Source of the DNA: Callorhinchus milii
Lineage: Eukaryota
DNA: 64,000 nt
Assembly: GCF_018977255.1 (NCBI RefSeq)
Contig: NW_024704757.1
Coordinates: forward strand, 10,106,001-10,170,000
Direction: 5' to 3'
Numbering within the stretch: position 1 is the stretch's first letter; each line of letters begins with the position of its first letter. The position numbers and the translations under genes are program-made. The notes beneath the pieces were generated by a model. It was not told the DNA's origin. It ran no database searches and worked only from the letters and a program-made list of their open reading frames with translations. This document shows, piece by piece, positions 1 to 11,895 of this stretch.

Positions 1-394
1 ATTAAACTTTATTTGCAAGTTATCAGCCCATGTGAATATTCAAGCTCTTTTTCTAGGGCTTTTTCTGCCTTCTCTGATTCTACAGTTCCCCCCCAAACTT
101 ACTGTCACCTGCAAATGTAATTACCTTATACTGGGTCTACAAGTCCAGGTCATCCAGGTCATTTACACGTACCAGTAACTGGAGAGTACCGATCTCCAAG
201 GCACAAGCTTAATACTGTACCTCTCTTCATTTTGATCTAGCTCCCCTAACAATGGCCTTCTGCTTCCTTTCCTTCAGCCAATTCAGAATCTATTTCTATG
301 TCTTACTCTTGATAGCTAGTGACCTCAGTTTGTGAAGGAGTCTTTGATATGGTATTTTATCAAACACATGTTGGGAAGTCAAGATATATTATCT

Positions 395-785
395 CATATG
401 GCTTTGCATCAAGAAGAGATCTGATAAAGGTATTCAAAATAATTAGAGGTTTAGATGAGATAAATAAAGAGAAACTATTTCCATTGGTTGGTAAACCGGT
501 AACTGGAGAGCATAATTTATGATTGTTTCCAAAAACAAAGGAAGAGTTCAGGAAAAATGGTTTTCACAGTGGGTTATTAGGACATATAAATGCCTTGCTA
601 CAAATGGGGGTTGAAGCAAAATTCATAATAGCTTATTAAAGGGAATATAGACAAATATTTGAAAAGAAAAAATATAAAAGAAAAGCGGGGGAGTAGGACT
701 AAATGGAAAGCTCTTTCGGAGAGCTGGCACAGACACAATGGGCAGAATGGCCTCCTTCTGTGCTGTACGATTCTATACATCATCT
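395..785 (+). mobile_element. CR1 LINE 3' fragment (ORF2 C-terminus plus 3' UTR)
   Basis: Translation RRDLIKVFKIIRGLDEINKEKLFPLVG matches the CR1 ORF2 end motif LRGDLIEVFKI..G.D. It ends in the CR1-type tail gggcagaatggcctccttctgtgctgtacgattct. Confidence 0.85.
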
Positions 786-1939
786 CAGTGAATTTTGAGC
801 AGTAGTTGATGGGATGGGGGATGAAATATATGCAGATAATGAAGAAATTACATTTTTAAGAATTATGTATGGGGACAAGTAGATGAGAAGTCCATTTAGC
901 ACAGTGAGAGATGACAATCCCGGGAAATTAAAGCGTGACTCAGGCATTCCGTTTCACGGATGTGAATGGGAAGCGATTTGATACAGTGGAATTGTGTGCT
1001 TGGATCAGTCACTGTGCGGAAACAGAATGCATTTAATCTGCAGTTTAAATGAGTTTGGTGATCCAACAGCACTGCCTAGCTCAGAGCACAAGCTCTGCAT
1101 CTCCTCTGAGCCACCCACATCCTGACTGCGAGCAGACGCACCTGCAGTGCTACTGATTCATCCTCAAATGAAGCTCCCGCATGGACAAAGAAATGCGATT
1201 CACAAGATATCCTTGTGTAGCATCTTCAATTGATACATACCAACATGTCAAAGCATCCATTGACAGGCAGCTTCCAGCTCTCACTTCTTCAATTATTTCA
1301 GGCTGTGCCGATGTTTTATGCCAGTCTATTGAGCAATCAGTCATCAGAGTCTGATAATGGGACACAAAGGCCCCTTCGTGGCAATGGCAGAGCCCACAGT
1401 GATGATGAAAGGCCTGTCAGTCAGGATTAAACAGTAGCTGTTGCAGAGATGTGAACGATCTCCCGTGTGACCCTAAGGGGAGTCAGATTAGTACACGTGT
1501 CATAGTCTCGCTCAGGAATACCTGTACTCAGGCTCCAGTATCTGTTAAGGTAAACTGTTGAACCCTACAGGAAGCTATAGGTAGTCACTCTCAGGATCAA
1601 ATCAATTTTTTTGTTCAGGGAAACAAAGTCATTCTTTTTTTAAAGAGCAATGCCATCAAGCATCTTTCCGGGAATCAACCAGTTAAAAGGATTTTCCTGA
1701 AAGATATTTAGGCCCCAAGGACCCTGGTCAAAAGTCAAACAGTTACAAAATATATTTTCTTTCTTTGTTTCTGTCTTTTCTTGCACAATTTTGTTTTAAA
1801 AAATTGAAAACTAATTTGAGGCAGTACCTTATCATTTTCAAATGTCTTAAAGAGCTATGAATAATGGAGTCTAACACACGCTGATGGTTATTCGAATTTT
1901 CTATTTTAAGCACATAATAAAATGTTCGCTAATATTGTA

Positions 1940-2215
1940 ATAATAATCCTTGCATTTAAATAGTGCCTTCTGACATTAAAAAAAATCTCAAATCACTTCA
2001 CATATAATTACTGTTGTGTAGCAGTCAGCCATGAGGTGAAAGACCGAATCGTATAGAGAAATTTTGTTCAGGATCTCACATAAGAAACTTCTTTCTTGTT
2101 CTGAAGAGTCGTTTTAACAACCACCTGTACAGGAGTGTCTGCATTGTCTCAATGTGGCGTTTGAACCTACAATCTTCTGACACAGAGTTAACTGTGCTAT
2201 CAACTGAGCCAAACA
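1940..2215 (-). mobile_element. Old DeuSINE (SacSINE1-like), decayed
   Basis: Reverse tail taatccttgcatttaaatag and reverse tRNA-like head ttgaacctacaatcttctgacacagag...caactgagcc, similar to the copy at 19430-19860. Confidence 0.55.
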
Positions 2216-4294
2216 GTTTGCTTACAATGCTTATTAATCACCAGTGTAGTAAATGTTGCTGCATTATGACAACAGACAACAAACAGCAAATGAATGTACA
2301 GCCCAGTGTAGAAGCAATATTATAGAGTCGTGGTTAGGCTCTCAGGTTCTACAAGTTCATGTCCAAAGCAGAGTCATAAAAGTGGCTGGCTGTATGAGCG
2401 GTCTCCTATTCAAGCCTTAACATTCTGCAACAATCCCAAAAATGTGGGCAGAATACTAGCCATCCAAGGGAACTTTGTTTCCTACCCCTGATTAGCTGCT
2501 AGCGATCATGGATCTGTATAATGCATGCCTCTATCATTCTAAAGAGATTAGAGTGTGAAGTTGAACCAAAGGCTAAATTAAATTTGATTAACTTTCACTG
2601 TTGCTTGAAATCTGCTGTAGAATCAGTACAGTTTTGGAACCAATTCTGGGCTTGTGCTTCTGGTGAGTTAATAATGTGGTCTTTCTGAACTGGCGCTTTG
2701 CCTGGAGATATATTTCCTTATCCTTTTGGCTCCTTCATTTTCTCCATCTACCAAATTATTTCCGACTTTTTGGGCTATCACACAGCACATTTTTCATTTA
2801 ACCAGAGCTCTGATCTGTTGCCAATGTGAAGCTATTTTAATGAGATGTAGCACTCTGAAGCACTAAATATAATATGCTTGAGCCCTGGTGAAATCTAGAT
2901 ATTTTGACTGTCAGGTCAGGGTAACAACTTCCTGCTTGAGAGTTTTCCAATTGAGGAAGAACTCTTATATGGTTGCCATTTTGTGGATGCATTCCTCTAG
3001 CTCGTTCAAAATGTTTCCATATATTGACAACAAGCAGAGGCATTGACATGTCAGTTGATTTTGTTTTTGTAGATGGGTTTGTAACTGACACTGAACTTGT
3101 TAATGGTGTAGATTCCTTCTGTACCACATTTTCCTGTTTTCCAGACACTTTGATCTTTCTCTCATTGTTGCTATATCCTTGCCATAATTCCTCACTTTAT
3201 TGTCTAGTAGAACGGGAGAATCTTATTGTTTTCATTAAATACTCATTTTATATTGGAAGAGTTCAAAAAGCGCTTGTTTTAAGTAGCCAGAGGCGGCTGG
3301 TGGTCAGTTTCTTCCTATTTTACATTGCCAGACAGAATCAGAAGCCCCAGCACAGTTGTTTCCAATTCATTCCTTAGCTCTCTTCCTTCCCTAGTCTGGG
3401 GAAAGTTAGTACAGCACAGAAAAATCAAACATCAAGCACCACTTGTTTATTCTCCTATCCTGGTATAATATTGTTGATACATGATGTGGGATAAATATCC
3501 ACCTTGGGATTTTGTGACTACCTCCACAGGCAAAAGTCCTGTCCAATTAAAAAATATAAATACAGTAAAAGTAGCCATGTTGATCTTAATTGTTCTGGTC
3601 CATTTCCTAGCGTTCATGTTCCATTATGCAACATTCGAGCTGTTCGTTCCTATGTCTTTTGGTCCTACCAGCTACTTTTATTCTCTGTATATTTCCCGCA
3701 AATCAAAGCAGCCGGTAAGTGCGGGAATAATGGATGGTAGGGGAGCAGCGTTATGAGTTAGGAGGTGAATAATACAAGTAGTGCAAAGAAATCTAAGCAG
3801 TTTTGATAGGAAAATTAATGGGACTGGGTAAATGTATCGTTTTATAAAGATAAGACTTATGCGAGTTTTACCTCACCAAGTGTGACATGCGGTGCTTCTC
3901 TTTCTTTGAATAATGCAAATGGACAAGTACTTTTCACTTAAAGAAATTCCCAAGCTTTTGTTCATTAAGTACCCGCTGCACTTAAAATGAATAAGTAACA
4001 CATTGTGTGTTGCTCATAAAGTGAATTTGATAATAGTGGATCTACAACATCCACAGTTCAAAGCAACCACATAGCAAGTGTCATTGACAAACAAACAAGA
4101 ATCAAATGACGCCTTGATCAGTCTTTACAACATGAGGGATAGTTTCAGACAAACATCGAAAAGCATTTGCACGTTACTGCAAAACAAAGTCAAAAAGTAA
4201 AGGATCCTAATGGCAGGGTCAACAAATTGAATGAAAACGTATGGCCAAGCATGGGGCTGGGTCATGTCCTGAAACGGTTTCCATGACATACCTG

Positions 4295-4480
4295 ATTGAC
4301 TCTTGCCAACCTGCACCTAATACTCTCCCAGATTAGGTAAGCAGGATGCATCCCTCCTGAGAGTGTGCATTCCATTCCAAACATGGGAATTTCCATCTGT
4401 AGGTGGAATGCATGGAACTTGCAGTTTGGTTTGGTTCGTAATGAATTTCCGCAAGTGTCAGACACCAGCTGACCAAAACA
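4295..4480 (+). repeat. Unclassified structured dispersed repeat, copy 1 of 3
   Basis: ctcttgccaacctgcacctaat...attaggtaagcaggatgcatccc...gtgtcagacaccagctgacc recurs at about 23230-23448 and 37548-37775. Confidence 0.85.
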
Positions 4481-4734
4481 AAAATCATACCTGCACTCTG
4501 GTCACTCAGCAGCTGACCACAATTTCCACCGAGTCAAACTGTTTCATTAGCCCCACTTTGCATTAAAATATGTATTTAACTCAGCGCTTTCTTGCATTAA
4601 AGATCTCAATTTGCCACCAACACACATTTCACTTCAAAGAATAGCTCCCACTGGTCCATTTTAAACCGGATTCTTAACGTAAAAGCACAGTGAGCTAAGC
4701 CACCACTTCACCCAGTCTCAGTGGGGAAGGGGTA

Positions 4735-5050
4735 GTACGCCTGGAACTCCATCCCCCAGTGCCTTCGCCTTGCTTCCTCCCTTTCCTCCTTCAAGGCCGG
4801 TCTCAAAACCTTTCTCTTTGACCGTGCCTTCAGCTCCCCTCTCGACTCTCTTCCTCCTCCTCGCTCCCTCCCTTCCCTCCCCTCACCCTGACCATTTCCC
4901 CCCTCCTCTCTCCCTCCCTTCCCTCCCCTCACCCTGACCATTTCCCCCCAATGCTCGGGTCATGACCCAACTGTGCAGCGCCTTGGGACGTCCTCCTGAC
5001 GTGAAAGGCGCTCTATAAATGGAATCTTGTTGTTGTTGTTGTTGTTGTTG
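4735..5050 (+). mobile_element. L2 LINE 3' end with (TTG)n tail and an internal ~40-bp tandem duplication
   Basis: ctggaactccatccc...ttcaaggccggtctcaaaacctttctcttt corresponds to the L2 motif LWNSLP...FK..LKT.LF. A terminal stem-loop and (ttg)n follow. The unit ctccctcccttccctcccctcaccctgaccatttcccc is repeated at about 4864 and 4912. Confidence 0.85.
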
Positions 5051-5441
5051 TACCTACCAATTGCCCAGTCCCAGAGGTGAAGGAACAGAGTGCTAGTCCA
5101 CAATGCTACCAACTCCCACAGTAGGAAAATATTTAGTAAATGTTCAAACAACTTGCAAACAACACCAAAACTAAACAAATGCTAAAATGAGAGACAATTA
5201 AGATCACTTAGGTTTGACATGGTTATTATAACCGTTTGGGAGCTGGAAAAGGAAGAGTACTTCTTTAAAACTTCTTTTTCTGCTTTACAAAACTACTCTC
5301 TAAATTCATTTATTCCTCAGGAAAAACAATCAGCCTCTTTGCTGCTTTCACTGCCAGACAAAGAGGACTTAACTAAAACCTCCGCCTGGGAATGTTTCAC
5401 TGTTGACGCATATTCTCTCCCGACTCCAGACTATAACTCAC

Positions 5442-5487
5442 GTGCGACACTGTGCGCTGGTTATCATTAGTCAAGCATTGTCTCAAA
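5442..5487 (-). other. Candidate 46-nt exon (coding status unknown)
   Basis: Minus strand reads TTTTGCTTCTTTTTCTTAG|...CAC|GTGAGT, a strong acceptor and consensus donor. Only one frame is open (LRQCLTNDNQRTVSH). Confidence 0.3.
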
Positions 5488-8156
5488 CTAAGAAAAAGAA
5501 GCAAAATTCTTTATACGTACTGCCTTAATCGATTTCACGGTAGACTGGGATGGTGAATGTTTGCCTGGCTGTGTTTGAAGCACACTCTGGCCTGAGAAAT
5601 GGGACTGAAAGTGCCAGGTCTGATGTTTATTTATGAGTCAAACTGATTTATTGTACATCGGCCTTTGTAACCAGTCAGCCCTATAAATCATGTTATTACA
5701 CTTATAAACACTGATACCTCACTCTATCTTCTGCATTTAAGTTTTAAATGTACATTAACCATGGCATATAAATAACAGTCTGTGTACACTAAAATTAATG
5801 TATTTTGCTAATGCTAGATATTACTAACAAGTCATGTGTGGCTTGTGAGGAACCAATGAGAATCTTCACAAGCATTGATTTCAAACAAAAACTGCCCATA
5901 GCCTGAGACTATCCCATTTGTGAGATGTTCTATTTAAAAGGACATCTACTATTTTGAAGGCTTCACATTGTTTTTGATCGCTTTGTACTCACTACTATGC
6001 TAACACAAACCTGTATTTTTGTCTCTCACAAGCTCCTCTCTCGCTCTCTCTCTACAAAGAACCTGTTTGTCTTAGTGTGTGGCTCCCATCATATTAGTTT
6101 GGGTTTTAACTAATAAAATGATCCCGACCTATGAATATACTGGGAATTTAAGTGCATAATATCTAAACTTAGGTCTTGACAAGAATTTTAGCCAAATGAT
6201 TTGCTAAGAATAAAGCAGCAATTAAATAAAAGTAACCAGAGAAGTTAGCCCAGGAGGCTGATTTGAGAACTGCACTGAGCGCTCCTGCATCAATTTAATT
6301 AGCCACTGAAAGGGATAATCTCTAACCTCCTAATGGAATCACAAGTGGATTAGTGGGCAGTGTGGTCGACAGTCGGCTGGCGTTCCAAAGTACTATGCAC
6401 TCGACTGAAAGGGCATCGGTCTACACCAAAATGTTCTACCATTCTATACCAATGGTACATCAAAGTATTGTGCTGCCAAACAAAGACCAAATACCTATCA
6501 GTCATCAATATTCAGTTACAAACAAATGCATATAGAATATTATCCTCCCACCATCAGCTCAGGTGCCCTTGACAAGCTCTTTTGGACATTTCAACATGAA
6601 AGGTGCCATATACGTGCAAATTGCATTGTATTGTTACCAGAGCATAGCGTTCCTGTGAAGATCAACTGCTTATGATGTTGCCAGGTTGGGAGTGGAGGCA
6701 GTGTAAGAGCAGAGCGGGTGTAGGAGAATAGCTAGAGTTTAATCAGGGGCAGAGCTCAATACTGAGATTCCAAGGAGTAGATATTAAAAATGAAAAACAT
6801 TACTTCTCAGCAGAAAATAAACAGTTCAGAAAGTGCATCTTCTCAGGAGTAAATGTCTTGTACTTGAACCACATCCAGCGTGACCTCAAGGTCCAGTCCT
6901 GAATGGCTTACTTTGTAATATTGCTAAGTATCCATGTGAAGCTTGATATGCGACTGGAAATGTGTAAGTACATATACATGCAAAGTAAAATTTAAATAGT
7001 GGGGTGAGTTGGGCCCAAGGCAATGCTGACCAGGCCTACTTATGCCTAAAATAGCCATGTATTTTATGGGTGTAGATAATTTTGAATGTGACAATGTAAA
7101 TTAAATGACGCGGAACAATGTAGAGTATGTTTTTTTGGGTCGTGCACACCACAGACATTGGTTAAAATATGTCCACTGAAGCAATGTCAACAGAGAGTTA
7201 AGACCAAGGACAAGAGTTAGGTGTTCAAATAAATTGGCTCGAAAAACAAAACCCATATTTACAGTCTTAACATTGTCTGACATAACAGCAGGGCCCCTAA
7301 TGTAGTGTGGCCCCAGGGTAGAAGAGCAGGAGGAGAATGGAGAAGTAAATGGGTTTACCTTGCCACCCCTTCCAAATTAAATTAAAGAAATTTCAACAAT
7401 TCTGCTCAATCTTAAATCTTAAGACAAATGGTCTTACAAGCAAATACTGAGTAGAATATGAGGCTTGTTGAATCCCAAAAGGAACAGCAGGAAGCGAAGC
7501 TAAGGGATTGCCTTGAAGTGATCTCCCTGATCATTGTTACTGTAATGTATCCTTATTGTTCCACAAGGCACGCTTTATAAAATAGAAATCTCTGAAATGT
7601 TACATAGGGTAAATCTCTGCATAATATCACACACGCTTCAGTTTCGTTTTCGGTCTCTGATTTCACGTTTCAAATATCTTCAGTGTTACACTGCATCTGA
7701 AACGTGAAAAGCAACAAGAAATATAGTTTCCTACAAATTCATGCTGTGGTTATTGCTGAAACATCATTGCTCCACTTCAGGCAGGATTGTATGAATACAA
7801 TCAAACAGCAAGTGTCAGTCATGGATCTGACACATGTGGAAACCCATCACCTTGCTTAAGAGTCTCCATACAAAACTAATGAGTTCCACATATGCTTGGT
7901 TCACATTTGTCTGGTTCGGAGTATGCAATCTCTCCCCAGAGGGACACAGCCTACTTAGCAAATGCCACAGAATTTCGGTGCAGGCTAGCAAAAGCCAAAG
8001 CTTGGGGACACATGAATATATAGTGGTGTACTGCTGGAATTTAACCACTTAAAACCACATAGTCTACCAGTGCAGCGTACTGATAAGTTTCCTGCTGGTT
8101 GTCCAGCTAGAACCACTATATTTTAAGGTTTTGGTGTGCATCTTTAATAATAACAT

Positions 8157-8552
8157 TAATCCTTGCATTTGATATAACGCTTTTCACGTCTTCTAGACGT
8201 CTCAAAGCGCTTCACAAAATATACTGCTCGGGTCCTGACCCAACCGTCCAGCGCCTTGGGACGTCCTCCTGATGTGAAAGGCGCTCTATAAATGAAATCT
8301 TGTTGTTGTTGTTGTTGTATACTGTAAAGTATATTGACTGTATATTTTGTGGGCGAAACACGGCAGCCAATTGCGCACAGCAATGTCCCACAAACAGTCC
8401 TGGATTCCAGCAATTTATTGTTTTTTTTCTTGAGGGATTATTATCAGACGTGTAGAGTAAGGAAACTTGCTCAAGGTTTCGACCTGCCAGGAATCGAACC
8501 CAGGTCTCTCGCTTGCGAGGCAAGTGCTCTAACCACTGAGCTACAAGACTCC
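8157..8552 (-). mobile_element. Young tRNA-headed SINE (SINE2-1_CM-like), full length, interrupted by an L2 tail
   Basis: Reverse complement of the 13566-13896 copy, with A-box and B-box head, Deu-type body and L2-type tail. Confidence 0.9.
8227..8317 (+). mobile_element. Short L2 3' tail nested in the SINE, with 7-bp target-site duplication
   Basis: Near-identical to 4954-5050. Flanked by tatactg at 8220-8226 and 8318-8324. Confidence 0.9.
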
Positions 8553-9054
8553 ACTTATAAGAAGAATCTCAGTCCCAAAGACTCGCCTATTCCTCAAAGT
8601 CCCTCTAATGAGCCATCATCAACAGTGTTTTGGGGGACACTGGACCCAACTGGTTTATACTCCCCCCCAAAATAGTCACTCATTGGTAATTAGTGTCCGA
8701 GAAGAGCAGATTTGAGCCCTCGCTAGAGGACAGCCGATATAAGGAATTCTTCGTGGGCAACATAGTAAGTAGCCAACTCACATACTCAGGGATGGTAAAA
8801 ATGATAGTTCTGGCTGCTGATCGATATCCAGAGATTTCCTGCTGGAAGCTGTGCGTATGTGAACATCATGGTGAGTGGGGCAAGCTATGAAGGCATTTGT
8901 CATTGCTAAGCTAACTATCTAGGAGCGAGATACAATCACTATCATTTAAACTTTGATATTACAGCCCAACATCATTTTTCAGTGGTAAAATTAAAGTGGT
9001 TCCAATTGGGTTCATCGGGATACCAGCATAAACTTACCTCTTAATTATTGATAG

Positions 9055-10790
9055 AAGTCACTGGGAACACTCAGCAGGTCAGGCAGCATCTATGGAGAAA
9101 GGAAAGCGAGTCAAGGTTTTGGATCCAGTGTGTGAGTGGGAGGGAGTGTTGAAGTGGCAAGTTGGGAGGGAGAGGCTTTTAAGGGTTAACAGAGATTGGG
9201 GGGGCAGGACAAGGAAGACAAAGGAGAAAATGGGTGGAGGATGATGGGTTAAAGAGATGTTAATGATGCAAAACAAATGGGTGGGGGGTTGCAACAAAGC
9301 GGGAATATAGGTGTTAATAATGCAGAACAAAGTGGGGGGTGGAAATTGCAACAAAACAGGCAGACCAGAGAGAGAAAAGGTGTGTCTGAGACCCAGATGA
9401 TGTGGTAATGGTCACAGAAGAGGTGGAGAGGGAAGGTGAGCTGTTATGGTCTGGAATTGTTGAAATCAATATTGAGGCCAGAGGGCTGTAAGGTCCCTAG
9501 CAGATAGATGAGGTACTGTTCCTCGAGCTTGCACTGTGGCTCATGGGAACAGCGTAGGAGAGTATGGATGGAGAGGTCAGTGTGTGAGTGGGAGGGAGAG
9601 TTGAAGTGGCAAGAAACTGGAAGCTCAGGGTTGTGAATGTGGATAGAACGGAGGTGTTCAGCAAATCGGTCGCCCAATCTGCGTTTTGTTTCCCCAATGT
9701 AGAGGAGACCACATCGTGAGCAGCGAATGCAGTAAACTACATTGGTTGTAGTACACATAAATCACTGTCTTACTTGAAGACTGTGTTTGGGGCCCTGGCC
9801 AGTGGTATGGGAGGAGGTGAAAGGACAGGTACTGCATCTCCTGCGCTGGCATGGGAAGGTGTCAGGGGAAGGAGAGCAACTGTTGGTGGTGATGGAGGAA
9901 TGAACCAGGGAATCACGGAGGGAACAGTCCCTTCAGAACGCTGAGAGGGGAGAGAAAGATATGTTTAGTGGTTGGATGACGCTGGAGGTGCCGGAAATGG
10001 CGGAGAGTTATTTGTTTGATGTTGAGGCTGGTGGAAAGTGAGGACTAGGGGGATCCTAACATGGTTCTGGAAAGAGTGGGAGGGGGTGAGAGCAGAGGTG
10101 CAGGAAATAGGGCGGACACAGTCAAGAGCCCTGCCTACCACAGTGGATGGGAATCCTCGGTCGAGGAAAAAGGAAAACATTTCAGTTGCTCTGGTGTGAA
10201 AGGTGGCATCGTCAGAGCAGATGTGGTGGAGGCAGAGGAACTGGGAAAAGGGAATGGAATCTTTACAGGATGCACGGTGGGAAGAGGTAATAGTCCAGGC
10301 AACTGTGGGAGTTGATGGGCTTGTAAAAGATAGGGAAGGGAAGAGTCGGAGATGGACCATGTGAATGTTAGGACATCCTCCCGATGTGAAAAGCTCTTTA
10401 CAAATGTAATTTTTTTTGTCGTTGTTGTATGGAGGGATGGAAGGTGGAAGTAAAATTAGTGAACATCCATTGTAATAGGAGATGGTCAGGGAACTGGAAA
10501 TTGTTGAAGTGATAGAGGGTGTCAGAAGAGTCATGGATGTAGGTTGGTAGGGCCTAGACAAGAGGAGCAAAACTGGAGATCAGATATGAGCAGATCAGTT
10601 CAGTGGGGCAGGAACAGGCTGAAACAACAGGTCTCCCGGAACAGTCCTGTTTGTGGATCTTGGGGAGGATGTAGAGGCGGGCTATGAGGTTGGAGGCTGT
10701 GGGAGGAAGCGCCCCAGAGGAGATGAGGTCATTGATTGTATAGGTGATGATGGCTTGGTCTTCAGTTGTGGGGTCAACGTTCCAGGGGGA
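9055..10790 (-). mobile_element. Penelope-like retroelement, 5'-truncated and decayed (RT C-terminus, GIY-YIG endonuclease, 3' region)
   Basis: CKDSIPFSQFLCLHHICSDD is the PLE RT thumb motif, followed by the GIY-YIG domain. The 3' end ctccatagatgctgcctgacctgctgagt is typical of chondrichthyan PLEs. An L2 tail is nested at about 10370-10428. Confidence 0.9.
9444..9758 (-). pseudogene. GIY-YIG endonuclease domain of the Penelope-like element (frame open locally)
   Basis: NVVYCIRCSRCGLLYIGETKRRLGDRFAEH...PVSCHF...KLEEQYLIYLLGTLQPSGLN retains the VY/YIG, R, H, E and GLN motifs. Confidence 0.9.
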
Positions 10791-11579
10791 GGTTGCCTCA
10801 CTTTCCAGGAGTGCATGAGGCGCTAGAAAGATTCCCCGGATATGAGTATTGACATGTTGAGCAAACCTGTTTTTTAAGAGAGTTAAGCATTGTTGAGGGC
10901 AAAATAAACATTTGGAATAAAAGAGGAGACTATGCTTCTTGGAGGTCGCTGTAGCAATGGAGAAGTGACAGTTCCACTTGAGACCAGAGGAGGAAGTGGG
11001 TCCACAATGTTGTTAGATGAAGAATTAAAAGTGGAGGCATCAAAAAGAGAAGACGTATGAAGCATTAGTTCAGATTGATAGAAATCACAAAGTAGTCACA
11101 AAACCATTCGTCAAACAGAACGCAACAGCTGAAAACATTTTAGAATGAGCTGCAGACGGGAATTGGTTTCGTTTTCATTCGTTGCCATTCCTTTTAAACT
11201 TTACTAAACTCTCGAAGCCCCGGAAATAATCAACCTCTGTGAAATTGCGCTACACTTAAAGAGGTTTATGACCCTCCTCGTAAAGTTATGTTTTTATACT
11301 TTGAAAGCTTAATGTACATGTTAAATCAAAATTACGACTGATGTTGGGTCCCACGATCTGTCACTAAGTGATTTAAAGCAACGATTATAACAGATTATAC
11401 AGTGAGTTTCATTCAATGGAATATCTCGATCATATCGACAATCAATCTTTTACATTTGTAGTAAAGCATGATATAGATAAATTCAGTTAATGAGGATTTG
11501 GTTTTGTCAATTGTTCCTCTCCTCTCGTATTGTGCTGATGTAATATTCTAAGAGTACAAGCACTCTCCAATACGTCATC

Positions 11580-11895
11580 CAAGCAGTCCTTCCTCAAGCG
11601 TCAGGCCAAACAGCGATTGCTGAGAGCTTATTCAACCATGGGCATTACACCATCTGATCCTGTCCTCCCAGGTGCTTACACATATGCTCTGTCCAGCAGG
11701 GATCAAATGGATACTGTTCAACAAACAGGTACCCTGATTTTAGCAACTCTCCCCTAACCCAGAGAGGATAAGACCAATTATAGTACCCCTGATTTTGCAT
11801 TTCATTAGCACAAACTGGACATGGAACTTTGGATCATCCCAATGTGAATGGCTCAGTTTTGTATTTGATTTGGTTTTGTCAAGTGAACCCATTGG
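11580..11895 (-). mobile_element. Ancient SINE-like repeat, decayed
   Basis: Reverse-complement similarity to 13930-14270 (for example ttattcaacc...catctgatcctg...taacccag...ccaatt.tag). Confidence 0.55.

Noticed and set aside
942-957. 16-bp exact match with 22387-22402 (aggcattccgtttcac)
   Set aside because: About one such match is expected by chance in 64 kb, and the flanks do not extend it.
2837-3377. ORFs of 103 and 134 aa
   Set aside because: Overlapping opposite-strand ORFs with non-ATG starts, no recognisable motifs, and an in-frame stop just after the nearby acceptor.
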